Origin: Azolla caroliniana
Taxonomy: Eukaryota; Plantae; Polypodiophyta
Assembly (NCBI GenBank): GCA_043228905.1
Contig: JBHGNT010000003.1
Location: 12,896,001-12,960,000, forward strand
DNA length: 64,000 bases
Direction of reading: 5' to 3'
Within the stretch, counting starts at the first letter, position 1. The number at the start of each line of letters is the position of its first letter. The notes beneath the pieces are model-generated. The model made no database searches. It was not told the origin of the DNA and worked only from the letters and a program-made list of their open reading frames with translations. The translations under genes were made by a program, and so were the position numbers. This document shows positions 61,764 to 64,000 of the stretch, piece by piece.

Positions 61764-64000
61764 AGAAAATACAAAACTATATTCAAAAAATTCTTTGTAT
61801 GTTCTCTATGTACATATTTCGTGCTCAGCGAGCACCTTTTATACAAGCCCCGACTATTGAGATGACACAAGTACTGATAGTACTTGACCGTTCATAAATG
61901 AGCCTCCTACACTAACTCCCAAAACTATTCCTTACGAGGAATAACGTTCTAACGGCCTTTCGGTTTAAACACTGCCACTGCCATATTTTGCGTACGGTTT
62001 ACGTGCCCAATGGTGATCTTGTCTCTCAACACTCCCCCTCAAGCTCAACTTGAGGTTCCGTCTGCTTTTCTGGATCTTTGGTCCGGCCTCTCCTGGCCTC
62101 ACACCTCGCTCGTGCTCCTCGACCCGTTCGATTCCGCACACTTCGACCCTTCCGGGTGGCTTGTCTGCTCATGCGGCCCTTCTCTGCTACCTTGTTGTCA
62201 TGGTGTTGGCACCTCTTTTTCTGCTCTTTCCTCTGCTTGGCCCTCGGTCGATTCGTAATGTCCGAATTGAGCATTTCAATTAAATCAGACACTTCTGATT
62301 CAATTCCACTTTTGCCTGAGTTGGTTGTCTCCAATTCGTCTTCTATCTTTAGGCCCTTGACAACATCAGACCACATCTTGGTCTTGGTCTTTATGCCCTT
62401 CTTGGCTGTATTTCCCCTTTGTTCAGCTATCTTCGGGTCTTTCTTACGATTATGGCCCCTGTTTCCTTCTTCTTGGGCTTCTTCAGCCGGCCCGAAATCA
62501 AATTCTTCATCCGATTCGGCATAGCGGTCACTACCAATCCTTTCACGCTCCTATTCCTATATCCCCCTCAAGTTCGGCGTGTCGAGATGACGCAAACCCA
62601 GATCAACCGAGAAATGCCGTAACTTGTCGAGACCAAGGGGCTTGGTGAAGATGTCGGAAATCTGCCGACCCGTCGGAACATATGCCAGTTCGATCTCACC
62701 AGAAAGGACACACTCGCGGACAAAGTGATAGTGCACCTCAATATGCTTGGTCCGGATGTGGAACACAGGGTTCTTCGCAAGGTGGATGCTGCTGAGGTTA
62801 TTGCAATAGATCATCGTTGGATCAGACACCTCTACGTGCAGATCCCGTAATAGCCGTTTTCGCCCCTCGATATTCGGCCTCTATGCTCGACAATGCTACT
62901 ATCGGCCGTTTCTTACTGCTCCACGTGATTGCCGCACTTCCCAATGAGAATGCAAATCCGAACGTGGATCTACGATCATGGGCATTTCTAGCCCAATCGG
63001 CATCCGTGTAGCCGACTAACTGTTCGGCTATGTCTGCGCGATACAACAATGCCATGTCTTTCATACCGCTGACATATCATAATATTCTTTGCACGCATTG
63101 AAGGTGTTTGGTCGTGGGCTGCAACATAAATTGACTGATCATTCCGACCGGATAGTTGAGGTCCGACCGAGTGATCGTCAATTGGATGAGGCTTCCGACA
63201 ATCTGTCAAAACCGTGTCGGTTCGTATGCCTTTGCCGAATCTCAACAAAGCTTTACATTTCTATCCAGAGGGCTCGAGATGGGCTTACAATTTGTCATTC
63301 CGAACTTAGAGCATATTCAGTGCGTAGTGACGTTGACTGATCACTTCGATCCCGAGGAAGTAATGAAGATCGCCAAGATCCTTCATTTTGAACGATGCCG
63401 CAAGCTAAGACTTTACATAGAGGATTTCTTCCAGGTTGGCACCGGCGATGACTAAATTATCAACATAAAGTAAAAGACAAACCTGTCCATGCGGACCTTA
63501 TCGAACGAATAACGAAGAGTCCGATTTAGATGTTGTAAACCCCATTCTACACAACCATTGCATAATCTTGGCATTGCAAGCTCGCGGGGCTTGCTTAAGT
63601 CCGTATAACGCCTTCTTTAGTCGATAGAATGCCGAAGTGTTCTGTTCAGATGGAAATCCGGGGGGTTGTACCATGTACACATGTTCCTCAAGATCACCTT
63701 GCAGGAAGGCATTCTTTACATCCATCTGATGTAGATGGCACCCCTTCGCCACATCTGCGGCAAGTAGAACTCGCACGGTAGTCATCTTCACGATTGGGGC
63801 GAAGGTTTCGTCGTAATCTACGCCGTGATTCTGCGCGTAGCCTAGCAACCAAATGGGCCTTACATCGGCTGACGGAGCCGTCGGTGTTGTATTTCACCTT
63901 ATACACCCATCTACATCCGATCAGCTTTACACCCTTCGGTACATCAACCAGGTCCCAAGTCTCATTGTCCGTTAAAGTGCACATCTCTTCCTCCATCGTG
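61633..64000 (-). mobile_element. Copia element 3' part (LTR 61633-62031, PPT, 3' extension, decayed RH/RT), runs off the window
   Basis: RWVYKVK, DYDETFAP, QMDVKNAFLQG, GYTDADWA, KHIEVHYHF. Confidence 0.85.

Overview
This is eukaryotic, land-plant nuclear DNA, plausibly from a non-seed plant such as a fern (inferred from the TE families, not proven). It is dominated by nested transposons around one clear host gene, an intronless SYP12-type syntaxin (11071-12078). The most notable element is a 13.1-kb DNA transposon (29468-42572) with 27-bp GGG-ended TIRs and a 4-bp TTCA target-site duplication. It encodes an intact spliced Sola2-type DDD transposase (+) and a convergent five-exon ~963-aa coiled-coil/RING-H2 accessory gene (-). 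Each gene has a tandem array in its longest intron, and a decayed Urb2/Npa2-like host fragment lies between them. The window also holds an Athila-like Gypsy with an intact 1034-aa extra ORF, and an atypical Gypsy (FLDDIPIKG RT, candidate -1 frameshift site, tandem-repeat LTRs). The rest is a young full-length Copia nested in a related Copia, several solo LTRs, a LINE fragment and many decayed Copia pieces. Family assignments come from motifs recognised by eye; no database search was run.
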